This document shows positions 39,129-52,846 of a DNA stretch of 64,000 nucleotides, in pieces. The DNA is from Antedon mediterranea (Eukaryota; Animalia; Echinodermata): positions 19,575,432-19,639,431 of the forward strand of contig NC_092679.1 of assembly GCF_964355755.1 (NCBI RefSeq), in the 5' to 3' direction. The notes beneath the pieces are model-generated. The model did no database searches. It was not told the origin of the DNA and was given only the letters and a program-made list of their open reading frames with translations. How positions within the stretch are numbered: the first letter of the stretch is position 1; each line of letters opens with the position of its first letter. Made by a program: the position numbers and the translations under genes.

Positions 39129-41719
39129 TTAGAGTTGGAGCAGTTTGGATATACCAAATAAGAAAGAAGCCAAACCGATTGAACAATACATCACTTACCC
39201 TGAATATGACACATTTTATTTATATAACAACATATTATAATTATTAAAAAAAGGAAAAAAAAAACATTTAAATGGATAGAAATAATTCCATTCTCGTTGT
39301 TTATAGCTTTGAACGGCACCTGCTGATTTATTGATTTTAGGCAAATTTTCCATAGCACTGTCGGAGATTTTAATCTAGTGGAAATTTGACGGGAGAGCGA
39401 ACGCGGCAACATCAATAGGATTTAAAACAATTAGACAAATAAACTATGAGTCTTAAGACGTTACCGTTTATAGACATAAACAAGTTTGTAAATATGGAAA
39501 ATTGATTTATGGTGTTTATTAATCTGGTGTGTTTATTACACCAGGAAGAAAATAATTTCACCGCTTTTATACCAAACAGTTTTTATTTTGTGGCCGTCTG
39601 TAGTTTTCATAACTGAAAAAATTGTATGTAAACCGTAGCTTCGCTTCAAATCAAGAATAAAATTCTAATATTTACCAACTAATTGACCTGAATTAAGTTG
39701 TTTTATGTTTTGCCGAACTTGCTAACTTTTTTTGAAAAGAGTAAATAGTCGAAATTACTTCATTTTGAAATTGTTAAAACGAGAAAATATTCAAGTGTTT
39801 TTATTACAAATGAAAGTGGTAGTCAAATATGATCTATATCTTAGATTTTTCTATTTTTCCTTTTCTATTTGTCCTTTGGTGTTTTGTGCTATTTGTTTGT
39901 TCATGATTAGTTTGGCCATGATTTGGTAAAGTATTCGAATGCCCCATTTGGACCACTTTGCTATCGGCATTCTCGTGTATAATGAATATGTTTCATTCGT
40001 TCGTTCATTCATCAGTGGAAATACTTCTATTTATTGTTATTTGCATATATTACATAGAAATAGTTTGTTTGTAAAACTGTAACATTACTTGTAAACGTTC
40101 AGTGTTCAATGTTTAATCTTCATTTCTTTTATTATAACTGTATGGAAAACATTTAATTTGACGAACGAGTTTATTTTAACAAATTGAAAGATCTGGTTGT
40201 TGTAGGCCTACTCATATAAAACAATGCTCGTGTGGGCTTCTACTCTTTTCACCCGTAAGATCCAAAACTATAATATTGGCCTAGGCAATTATTTTATCAT
40301 ATAAATATTACTATTTTAAATTGTACATACATTATAATATACATCTTTTTTTATTTAAAATATGTCATCTTTTTTGTTTCACAGACATGTTTTTTTTATG
40401 TTTCAATCATTATTTTTTCGCCTTTTAAAAAATACAATACCTCCGATAAAGAAAGTACAAAAGTAAATCAATTACTTGAATAACAAAAATAAATTTACCA
40501 AAAATTAATAATAATAAAACTGGTAAAAACATGTAAAAACATTCAATTAGGTCTACAATTTTAATTTGCAAAACATATCTAGAAATTTAGTGTTATATTA
40601 GGCCTAAACTTTATAAATTATAATACATTTAAAATGGGTTTTTTTTTCTCCCACTTTTATTCGTTCGTCATATCACAAATACATATTATAGATGTTCGTT
40701 ATTATTTCTATTTTTTAGCTTTTTTTAAATACTTTTCTTCTTTCTTTAATCAAGGAGGAATTAAACCGATTCCTCCATACTGTAATGATGTTGTATCAAT
40801 GTTTTATTTATTTAGTATTAAACAACATGCTTCATTAATACGTGTATATTCGATGAGTTTGTGTATGAAGTCGGCATTATTGTTTCAATTCTTATCTATA
40901 ACCATAGTTTATATCACTAACATGTGACGTAAACAAACAACACATCATAAGAAATACCGACTTTATTTTAATAAATAAACAATTATCCGTCATGTATGTT
41001 CCTTTACAGCGGTCTGGCTTCAAGTAATAGCATGTTGTAATGTTTAAATCAGGAAAAATTTCACTCTTCACTAGGTTTAGTGAATGGTGTAGAAATGTTA
41101 AAAGATGCAGATGACAGGGCGGTGGAGGTGTAACTGGTAGCTTTCAAAGACATTGTTAGCTACAAAATTATTAGCGACAATTATACCATACCCTTTATTA
41201 TGTTTGTTATATAAAAATGTTTTAGTCTCAACGATTATAAGCAACGTCTTGGTTAAGTCGAAGATGCTCTCCAGGTGGAATGCCATCATAAGATGAGTAG
41301 TAGTAATTAGTCTTGTTTATTTTATTTCATTAATATGTAATTTTTACTTTCTATGGACCAGAGATTCCGAAATAAAAGAATGAATGATTAGATTATTTAA
41401 AGCCGATCATACTATGTTAGTCTATAATAACAACCAGTGCTATAGGCCTAAAACAAATATAAAATTTCGATCCAAAAAAAAATTATTTGAAATATATCTT
41501 TTTCTTTTCTTTTTTTTAAATCAAAACTTAAGCCCCTAAAAAGCCATCTGTCAAACGCGGCTTAAACTTAAAAGGATTGGGTAGGCGCACGAGCAGAAAA
41601 CATTTTTCTTTTATAGTTAGTTAAACTAGTGAAAAATTGTTTGAAAATGAGATGATTTACCCTCTCATTTAAGATCAGTCAGTCAAAAGCACATACAGCC
41701 CGAGACTGGGGAATATTGA

Positions 41720-42037
41720 GATATCTAACCAATGGTGTAGCGTGTAGCATAGCGTCAGCAATCCGATTGATCGTATCGATAAAAGTTTATATAAGCTGCT
41801 CGCTGATTGGTTGATAACCATAAAAGGGTAGATTTCGGTACGAGTCAGGCGGGTGAATGGTTCATATATCCTGGTTGGTTGTAATTTTAGTATAATCAGT
41901 TGTAAACTAGGGCTGGTATAACTATATTCTTCAAACGGTTGTTTTCATTTGCTAAAAAACGTTGTTGGTTAAGATCTTTTTTTCTAAATCCGGTGTTTAA
42001 CAGTCTAAGGATAAGTCATTATTGTTAACAAGTAAGT
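41720..42037 (+). promoter_or_regulatory. Otx: Candidate distal Otx promoter and non-coding first exon (about 41897-42031)
   Basis: CCAAT 41729, ATTGG 41806, GC-box-like AGGCGGGT 41847, TATA-like CATATAT 41863, Inr TCAGTT 41896, donor AA|GTAAGT at 42032. Confidence 0.55.
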
Positions 42038-45000
42038 TCATTTCTTTAATCCTGATAGATATTCTTTTTTAATCTCAAGTATTTAGCAAGTATTAACTTG
42101 TTAGTCTTTATATTAGGCTTAGGCAGCGAACAAATAATGATTATTGTTTGATTTTACGTTTTACGGCTTAGCTTTAAAAATTATTTATCGGTAATTTATC
42201 TTTTGATTTATTAATAATTTAGCTGTTTAATTTTATTGTTTATGTTTTAATGTTTTAATATAAACAAATAACGTGTAAACCTACTAAACATGTGCATTAA
42301 TAATTCATTATTATTAGGCGTATAATATTTGTAAATCATTTCTATTTTTGCGGTTTTAACACTATAATATAATTTTAGTTTGTAGATCTATTATTAGGCC
42401 TAAACATAATAACTAATGCCTGATTTTTTCGCTTTCCTTTTTAATTTGTGGTTTTATTCAATAAATTCGTTGTTCTGTTTTATATTTAGTGGGTTAGTGA
42501 ACGCGAGACTGTTTACTCTTTTTCTATTATTTTCTTTATATTTTATCAGTACGTATTCAGTCTATACTCTGCATCATTGATTCTACATTGTAGGCTATGA
42601 CCCTCTCTTTTATTCCAATCAAAAGTGCATTTAACACGGTTGCAAACCTCGAATAATATACAATTCGATTCCCCAAGAGGCTAACACATATTGTAAAGCA
42701 TGTTACAGTATATAGCCTACACAATAGGACTACCGTTTGCCTACGAATGCACTTTGTAAAAAGTACCAAATGCCTTGGGAAAATAAATGCCCTAGTCCGG
42801 TTGTGAGACTGGTTAATAAATGTTAGGCCTAGACCTGTCGTGCGTAACTCGTACCATGGAGTAAATCCATGCTCGTACGTACTAGAGAACGGTGCTTAAA
42901 AGTCGGGTCATATCCTCGGTGGGTACAGTTAAGTATGTGATGCATACATGCTACTTAACATTCTGTAAATCCAATTTAGTCTATTATTTTTAATTTCAAT
43001 AGAAATGTATTGTTAAGTTAAATGTTAATGAAAGCTCTATCTGGAAGAGTATGTGTATGTCTGTTTCTATATCGCATACGGGAAAAGAACAACTCTATCC
43101 TTAATAGCGTATAATTTTATAACGACGCCATATATATAAATAATACAATATGCTATGCGTGCATGTAGAATTATAGTAATCTATAAAATGCGATTATTGA
43201 ATAATTGTGACCTATTGTAAATTTAAAATTCAAGGTAACTACTTAGGCAAATATACATAGGGAAGTCAAACCATTCTGTTCAAAGATTTTTCCAGGTAAA
43301 ATTCGATACCGAGTTGATGATTCATTAAATGGAGGAATCCCATTCTTCAATCAAATGGTTTGCTATCAACGAAAAATTTAAAAAATAAAATGCAGTTAAT
43401 CTCAATATTATTCAAATGTTAACAAAAAAAAATCGTTCCCTTGATTCTAAGGTTCAAGGTCTTGCACATTCTGTTTCTTCTGTTTAACTCTGCAAAAGTG
43501 GAAATTCTTCCAAGCCCAAAGAACGACCTGGGTCGATTCGTACTATGATTTGACGGTTATGGTATAAATTAATTTTAAATGTTGTATACATTCATTTTCG
43601 ACCTAACAGTAAGTCGATGTTAGGCCCATTCGTCCCCCTGATCGATAGTGACCGAGGCCGGTGCGTGGATACCGTGGCCTTCCCTGTTGTTCAACAACGT
43701 GCGATAAGAAAACAAATCATAGTTGTAAATCGATTAAAAAAACCGGCAAATGAAATACGAAACGCATTCAATGTTCAGTCGAATTATTCGTTGGGTTAAA
43801 AACTAAAACGAATTCAAATTTAAATAGACATAAGATATTAAATACGCTGAAGAAGGAGATAACAAACGAATCATAAGAACAATCATTGTTAGAAATAACC
43901 ATATAATAATATAATTCAATTTAAAAAATCAAATTTTTTTTATCTAGAAAGTAATTCGGCCTAAATATCCAAATTAAATATTTAACATTTTTTAGTTTAG
44001 AAACTGACCCGAGAAATTTACGAACGTCTGGGCCTGAGATAAGTGTATAGGCCTATAGTTTTAAATATTTATTTATTCTTTCTTTTGACTGGATTGCATT
44101 TTCAGTAACGCAGTACTGCTTTCCAAAATGGTCCAGTTATAAGTTTAAAAGTAAATAAAAATTATAACATTAGTTTATAGGCCAATGTTTCCTTGTTTAT
44201 GTTTGCATATACTGTGTAGGCCCTTATGTTACACATAATGTAGAAGATGATATTCGTTATAAATACTTGTATAGGTGTACATCATTTTAATGATCAACGC
44301 AATACAATTAGGCCTATTGGTGTTGTAGCAGCTAGGTGAAAATCGCGGGGGTTTATACGGCATCCCTGTGCGCGTCCCTTTTTTGACGAGCCTGTTTTGT
44401 CACCAGACAACTTTTCACGCGGCAACTTCTTAGAGACACCTATCAAGAATGACTTCATTAGCCTTATTATGAAAATCTTATCAAAAAAAGTCACACGATT
44501 TGCCTTAGAAAATACAATGCAAAGTGTGATTCCTTATAGAGCGTCGTACTTGCCTATTCTTTGATCGAGTCGCAAACAGACAAGTTTGTAACCCTGCTAA
44601 TTTAACCTCTATGTCAATTAATGCACTTTTATGTTAACGAAGCCCCTTCAATTGAATTTTTAAAGATATTTTTCTATAAAACCTTTATTAACGCTTAATT
44701 TAATAGATACAGATTTTGTTTTTGAAAATTTGTTTAGATTTTAGTTTTTGTTGTATTTATTTTTGTACGTGTGCACATATTCTGCAAACACATTGAAAAA
44801 CAAATTAAAAATAATAAAAAGTCTTACATTTGTGGATTATATAACATTGTTTTGGTAAACACTGACCCTCCGAATTGTGTTTTTTTTTTCTGAATAAGCA
44901 GATATGAATTTAGATAACAGTAAAAACTGGGTTTTAAAAAAATAAAGTAAACCTGTAAGGGAAACAATAAAATTAACATAATAAAAATATAAGTTTATCA

Positions 45001-45584
45001 ATATCAACACGCACTTGCTTTAAACGGGCGCGCCAGATTTAACAGATTTCTTTTTATTGACGTGTTACAGATTTTTTTTTAAATCTGTAAATGACCTCAA
45101 AAATATTACAAAACGCGGAGGAAATTCTGAGTAATAAAAGAGAAATTATTTCGGATGAGAAAACTTCTGTAGGTGTACATAATTGTTCTTGGTCGTGCGA
45201 CGAACTGAATCGTTTGTGAGGTCAATTATGTTTGACTTTTACGGTTAATATAATTATTTCTATCACATCTGCGTACGCCTACAGTAGCCTTTACTATGGG
45301 TCCCTATAAGCTTTTTGTAGGCAGCTGGAAGCCCTTCGGCAGGGGTTTATAAACCGTTGAATTTGCACGCTCCACCTGCTAAAAACATGGTATTTAAGAC
45401 GGTTGAATTTTTTACGGTAATTTAGCCTCGTTTTGAGAATTAGTTCGTATGTTTTCATAAGTTTTGTTTTCTGTTTATCACGTGGCTAGGTATGCATCAA
45501 TGCATTAAATCTGTACCGTGCTATGTGGTCATACGCCTCTAATATTACACCCCTTAGATCAATGTCAACGTTATATATAATCGA

Positions 45585-45790
45585 TGTTATAATCCACATG
45601 TTAATGTGTATTTACCCCACGTTTAATCCGATGATTACCCATCCTTTCTACTTGATGTTAACGTATTAAACTGATTTGTCTAATCCCCACATTTAATCCG
45701 CAAATTACAAATTATGCCAGAAATCCCCTTCCTCTTAGGACCTCTTAAGATGGTGTATCCTGATCCATTTAAATGGATAAGACGTGTTCT
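45585..45790. promoter_or_regulatory. Cluster of K50-homeodomain (Otx) sites, candidate autoregulatory enhancer
   Basis: TAATCC at 45590, 45624, 45681 and 45694; GATAA at 45776. Confidence 0.55.
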
Positions 45791-48299
45791 GTTCCCGTCA
45801 GAAAGTTAGCATACTAAACCCCCGTTTACACACGAACACACAACACTAATAACGACATAGTCTATTGCTCGTCATTTCAGCTTAAACCCCCGTTCACATT
45901 ATACAACGATATCATATAATTTGACAATCACGAAGTTAATTTTGATATCATTTTGTGTGCGCAGATTGTTATATTAATTAGATTGAGTGGAGGATCATAG
46001 CTTACGCATGAGTCTACCTTGGTGCACTTGTCGTTCTAACCCAATCTTTAATTTTGCCAAATGAATCGAATATCGCTCATAGTACTCAACTCAATCAAAT
46101 CATTGCCAATTTACAGTAGCACACTATTAAATTAATCGTTAACGAGTTGCGAGTGTTTATCCTTTATTACGGAGATTGATGCACGATAAATTAGATTACG
46201 GTACTTGAAAAGGCGGCGGTTGATAGAACTTCCACGACAACACAACAACAATAATTAAACGTTGGCCAATTAGTATAACTAAATCGTTATATTGTGAAAT
46301 GTATATATATCATATTTATAGATAACTGAAATCTACACGGATTGCATTGGTTGTGTATTCGACTTACACGTATCGAATGGTGGCGTTGGATGCGACTTTA
46401 TTGAGACTTTGCCAAGATAATGTGTTCACGTATAGATCGTGTATTGTCGGATGCTATAGTCCTAGATCGCCACAGGGACGTCAATTTAATTTAACTGCCT
46501 AGCTTTCACAAATTCATATTTATCTGTTAGGTATTTTTTGCAATATTGCTCCATTATTATTTCCATTTTACTTTCCATGAAAATATACCGCACTTTAAAA
46601 ACATAAAGAAAAACTCGGCTTTACATTTCGTTAAAAAAATAAATACGTTAATAGACGTAGAAACTCACCCGGTGAAAGCACAACCCCAGGTCCTCTGCTT
46701 TTAAGATGTTCATGACTGATTGAATTGAACAAAAAAATAAACGATTTATTTTTCGATTTTATTAATTCCACGATTGTTATGACTGAATATTTTGGATAAT
46801 TCTGTTTTTATAATGATTTGTATTATTTATAGTTACCATAGTAATACGTTTAAAGAATTGAGTCTCATGTACTTAACACTTTTAAATTATTAATTATTAT
46901 GATGTTGATTTTGAACAGAATAAATAAATATATTAAAAGCTCAACACTATTTCTTATTTGATCTACACCAAACCAGATTAAAACAGAATAACTCACTCCA
47001 ATCCACGTGTTCATTTTTTTTTCATAGTCCCTGATTGCACTTTTTGGCGCATTTATATGTCATTCGCAGACTACAGGGTGTGATTTAAAATTCCAATCAA
47101 ATCAATTTCTTGTACTATTACGTTATGCTGGTGACGATCGATTGTGGCCCGACAAACAAAAACATTTAAATGAGGCGAGGCTGACTGGCTTCTGTCTAAA
47201 AAAAATCGCTCAATAATTTCAACAAGTTTTCCTTATTATTTTTGTCTAGGCACGAGCTATGCGAAAGGTTAAAAATAGAGCACAGATAAGCAACGAAGTG
47301 AACAGATATGTGATGTAGGCCAATACCAGATAAATACACGCAATGCGTTAGTTCCCTTAATAAGAACCCGGATGAATAAACTTAACAATTCAAACTCCGG
47401 CTTTTAGTGATTAGGTCTAATAACTTCTATTTTATTATTTTATTGATGACGTTTTATTTTATATAAAATACCAATTTACAAGCTTGTTGATTTAGATCCG
47501 ATTAGTCGTTTGTTGACTTTTTTTAAATTTCAACTCCGGTTATAGTCTGTCGTGTATGACGTATTATGACGTGTTTCAAATATGGACATTCCTTTGACAT
47601 ATTTGTAATGTTTGATATTCCATACACAATGTTTTCAAATATTATGCCTATTCTGAATTATAGATTAATTAGTTTAGTTCCAGGTTAATCTTGTAACACG
47701 CAGTACTAATTATTTTGTTCGTATTCAGTTAAGTTTATCTGTCTTTAAACGATTCTAAATGAGAAACTTCCAACCACTATAGAGGGCGATATACATAAAA
47801 CCTTATAGAGATATTGGAGAAACTAATACTGTGAAGAAGACATCCATGCAGTGTCGACGTTATAATTAAACATATACAAAAATAGTCAGCTACCTACCAA
47901 GATTATTAATTAATGTATTCAATGTATTAAATTGACGACACTCCTTTTATGAGTTATCTTTTAATGCAGTTGTATTGTACAGGGATCTCCATATATATTG
48001 TGTACTTCTAATTCAATATATTAATTTATTTATCTCGTGGCCTATTTCGTATTGTGAAAATTATATTTTAAATTTAAATTATTTCAAACAATATTATATA
48101 TAGTTAGCTTTATATGGCATAATTTTATGTATTTTATAAATTTAGATTTGACTTTTTAACGTGATCATTTGTTTGGTTTTATAAGTTACAGCTCTTCGTT
48201 ACGCATGATCCGTGATTTTAAGAACGAATTTAATTGGGTTGGCTAAAAACAAGGCTAGTCCAAAATAAGAATAGAATGAATGAAAAGCGAAACAATAAT

Positions 48300-48420
48300 G
48301 TGTGAACTCTCCCTATTGGTGTGGGTTTGTATCACGTGATATTTCAAAAGAGCTTTAGAGTATTGACAAAAAAGAACAATAGAATCTATTGTTATTTACA
48401 TTTTCACTCCTCTATGCATG
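48300..48420 (+). promoter_or_regulatory. Otx: Candidate proximal Otx promoter
   Basis: ATTGG 48315 and palindromic E-box ATCACGTGAT 48331-48340, about 320 bp upstream of the ATG. Confidence 0.4.
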
Positions 48421-48492
48421 CGCTGTATGAAGTTTAAAGCTTCTTGCAAAAGTGGTTTACTTGGACTTTGAGAAGCAACCTGTTAGGGTCGT

Positions 48493-48636
48493 TATTTTCT
48501 AAATTTTCAACTAGGATTCATATTATTATTTCAGAAATTTAAGAAGAAGATTAAAAATTGTTGTTTTCTATTTTCTAAATTTTCAACTAGGATTCATATT
48601 ATTATTTCAGAAATTTAAGAAGAAGATTAAAAATTG
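48493..48636 (+). repeat. Exact 68-bp direct duplication just upstream of the Otx ATG
   Basis: TATTTTCTAAATTTTCAACTAGGATTC...GAAGATTAAAAATTG at 48493-48560 and 48569-48636. Confidence 0.9.
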
Positions 48637-48649
48637 AGAAAGTTCCGAA

Positions 48650-48779
48650 ATGGAAATGAAATACACAATACCATCACTACCAACCTCTCTGAAATCGTCG
48701 CCGTACTCTGTGAATGGAATCAGCCTAGCTCATGGAGAATCGCTGCATCCCATCGCAATGGGCTACCCATCTATGAATG
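48650..48779 (+). CDS. Otx: Otx coding exon 1 (MEMKYTIPSLPTSLKSSPYSVNGISLAHGESLHPIAMGYPSMN)
   Basis: LK..PY.VNG.SL and LHP..GYP motifs of the Otx N-terminus; AAAATGG start context; G|GTAAGT donor, phase 1. Confidence 0.9.
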
Positions 48780-49054
48780 GTAAGTTATCATATTGCCATT
48801 ATTAATAAACGAACAGTAAATATGTTCTGTGAAATATTCATGTAGAGTATCGTGAGTGCTAAGTAGTGAATTAAAAAAATAACTTAATTGGAAAACATTG
48901 TTTAACAGGCTGTTATTCATGTTATACTTGTACATACAATTCTTCATAAATCTCACTAATATATTTATATACTATTATATACTAATATATATATATATAT
49001 ATATTATAATTTGAAACGATAAAGATGAGGAAATCTGTGAGAATGAGAAAAAGT

Positions 49055-49126
49055 CTCCCCAACCGAGACTCGAACTCGGACCGCCTGCTTGATATGCAGA
49101 TGTCCTAACCATTAGACCACTGGGGC
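49055..49126 (-). tRNA. tRNA-like gene or SINE head (anticodon ATC, Asp-like; probably a non-functional tRNA derivative)
   Basis: Folds into a cloverleaf: CCCCAG/TTGGGG acceptor, GTCT/GGAC D-stem, TCTGC/GCAGG anticodon stem, CCGAG-TTCGAGT-CTCGG T-arm; T5 follows. 1:72 mismatch and A32 argue against a working tRNA. Confidence 0.6.
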
Positions 49127-49687
49127 TTTCATGGTATTGTTCGAACTCGATTGGATAGCGACTCTTTAACATTCTCGGCGTGGTATGGCGGAACAGCACT
49201 AGTCCTCAGTTGTACGCACGCGCACCAGAGATCAAATTGATACGCCCTCCTAATATATATTATATATATATATATATTTAAATGTTGTAATTATATACAA
49301 AACCCTAGGCATAGTCACTTAAATGTTGCCCTGCCCTTTAAACTAGCTTTGCATAATAATATAGGTGCAAATCATGGTGTTGCCATTTATTATAAACTTC
49401 ATTAACACCTTTTAAAATATATACTGTAGGCCTACTGTACATAATAGTGCATTTTTAGTTATGCTAGTAGCCGATGACACACTCCTCATAAAAGAAAAAG
49501 GTTGGAATCGATAATAAAACAGCACAGGTCCTGGTTGTGTGAATGACCCATCAAAAGGGCCATTGTTACGTTTAAAAACACCTTACACGCATAGATACAT
49601 ACTATAGAATAGAGAAAATATGTTGAATGAGTAATATCGATTTATTATATGGAGCAATGTACAACAACCCTTGCGGGTCATGCGTTT

Positions 49688-50169
<482 letters not shown>

Positions 50170-51068
50170 TAAAACAAAATCAGTAAAATATTCTAGAATC
50201 AGAATTTAAAATTTTCTATTTAAATTAAATTACTCAATTAGGATATAAATTAATTAGGCCTATTGTTGGTTTCATACAAATTAGCCGTTTGTTAGTTGGT
50301 GTATCGTTGCAAATTAATTTATACAACCGGGAAAGTTAATTATGTTATCTGTTTTGTTCTAAAAAAGAACACACAAACAGCTAATTAAGAAACAATACCT
50401 AATATTTGTCTTTTTGTCTTGTTAATAATATAATTACATTTATATAGTTCTAACGTAAGCTGAAAACTAATTAAGGAACTTTGTCTGATTAGTTTTCACT
50501 TGTAACATTTCTTGATTTGTTTGAAAAGCTGACTTTTGATGTCTTTTTATTTGCCGTTTCTCTTATTTTTCTGGAACAATGCCATAATCCGCAACAAATG
50601 AAAGTGGAAAAGGTGTAAACGAATCCAGAGAACGAACAATTACAAATTGTTGACTTTTCATTTAAAACTGTTTGCGGGGCTTTTAACACCACTTACATTC
50701 TCTCGAAGATTACGTAATATGTTAAGAAAATCAGCATAAATACAAACCGCCCTCATTAAAAATAATTCAATGTTAGAATATGTTTTTGTTTTGCAACTTG
50801 CAAGCAAAATAATAACAATCCATTTAAAGAGGAGACGATCTTTTTTTGACTTGTTAAAATGCTTTATTGTTTTATTATGTACAACAATTTCTTGTTAATT
50901 CTGGAAGATGTGATTGATGTTTCTGTTTCTTTAAACAAAATAATTTAATAATTCGTTCGTTTCTACGCGAATATATTAACATAAGATTTAATTATCATTT
51001 AAGATTATTGATATTATTGGTATATTTTAATTCATTTAACTATTAATATTTTAATTTTGATTTTTTAG

Positions 51069-51611
51069 GTATGGTTTAAGAACAGGAGAGCAAAGTGCAG
51101 GCAGCAGCAGCAACAACAGCAAAATGGAGGTCAAGTAAAACCAAGGCCAGTCAAGAAAAAGTCACCAGTTAGAGAAACCCCAACAAGTGACGGCGAGTAC
51201 AAATCACCAGTAACCACAATGCCAAACAACAACACTATCTGGAGTCCAGCCACTATTCCAGTAACTCCAATGTCAATGACAGAGACGTCTCTTATCAATA
51301 GCAACAGCTGCATGCATCCGTCGTACATGACAAGTAGCCAACCAGGGGCTTACCAACAGAACTATCAAACCTCTCCATTTTACGGTAGCATTGATTACCT
51401 GTCGCCGATGACGCAATATGGAGGCGCTGCCCTCAACCATATGAACCAAATGAGTCACTCTATGGCAAATAATCATATGGCGACTGTACCTTCACAACTA
51501 CCACCTCCACCACATTCCATGAACAATTTATCGTCTGGTCAGATGGGAATGACCTCTCCCATTGAATGTCATGATAGCAAAGATAGTATTTGGAAATATC
51601 AAGTTTTGTGA
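51069..51611 (+). CDS. Otx: Otx coding exon 3 (VWFKNRRAKCRQQQQ... IWSPA ... DSKDSIWKYQVL*)
   Basis: K50 recognition helix WFKNRRAK, polyQ, WSP motif, Otx tail WK[FY]QVL; T-rich AG acceptor. Confidence 0.98.
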   Translation, partial: VWFKNRRAKCRQQQQQQQNGGQVKPRPVKKKSPVRETPTSDGEYKSPVTTMPNNNTIWSPATIPVTPMSMTETSLINSNSCMHPSYMTSSQPGAYQQNYQTSPFYGSIDYLSPMTQYGGAALNHMNQMSHSMANNHMATVPSQLPPPPHSMNNLSSGQMGMTSPIECHDSKDSIWKYQVL

Positions 51612-52846
51612 AAGAACTAAATTTACTATGAAAAAAAAAGATACACGGGTATATGTGACATGCTAAGGTTAACTGATGCGACGTGGCAGACGACATTCGA
51701 CACGTAAACTTACGCAGTCAACGTAGTCACGACGGCAGAGGATACGGCCGCGTTGACGTAGAGAGCAATATCGAACAACTGGCACAACTTCAGCTCAAAA
51801 ACCGTTAGCCAAAATGATCAATAACTCATGGTGTTTTATTTATGACGTCAGAATGTTCACATTCTAGTTACGAATTGAAAGAATTTTGTCAATTATTAAA
51901 AATCTGCGGACTAAACTAAAGCAGACAAGCGTAAATCGTGCTGATTCATTTAAGTAATTAATATTTTAATACCGACAGAACACAATTATTATATGAGAGC
52001 CAAAGAGGACGACATGATTTAGTTTTAGCTTTTTTATATCCATTCCATTGTTGTGCAAATTGTATATATATGTATAAATGTTTGAACAAAATATTAGTTA
52101 ATTTTAAAAATTATTTTAAAAGTTGGACGTCAAAATGTAGATTGCAATTGATAGTATTAAGTCGACAACTTGTGGGTTTTATTTGAGAAGATCTGCTATC
52201 GGATTCTAACCTACACGGTTTGTAATCCTTATTGCATTTTACTGAGGGTTAGGGACGTTTGCTCCTTGTATGGTCGTTCACACGTACGGTGTGAGGCTGG
52301 CGCATGGTGGTGTAGCGTACGCCTTACGTGTGAACAAGAAATAGAAAGTTCTGCTCGAACCAGAGCCTCAAATAGATACCTATTTTCAATAAATACAACG
52401 TAATTTGAAGGGAAAACATTTCATTGAAAGATTATAAAAATGTTGAGAATTTGTCTTATAGTTTTATTTGAAAATAAATGTACAATTTTTTGGGAAATTC
52501 AAGTTCATTTAAGCACATTCACCATTTCGATACTTTTAAACCATTATACAAGTTATTATGTTACAGATGATAATAAATTGTATTTTTTATTTGTTATTTA
52601 CACATGGTAATTTTGTAGTTGCCTACATAATAAATGAAATAATTTATGACATTTATTGTTTTTCTATTATATATTTATGACGTCATTATCTAAGTCTTTT
52701 TCAGTTTTATTGACATTTCGAACCGAACTATCTGATTCGTGTGCAGTGGTAATACAGTGGCGTGACGCAGAGGCCTGAAACCCCTGGCTTAGAAACCCTC
52801 CAACTCTGGAGGCCTCAGGTGTCTTAACCCTCGACATATTTTAATG

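Noticed and set aside
51710-51762. Hairpin or miRNA in the Otx 3' UTR (GTCAACG...CGTTGAC)
   Set aside because: Only about 7-10 paired bases; too short for a pre-miRNA and no recognisable family.
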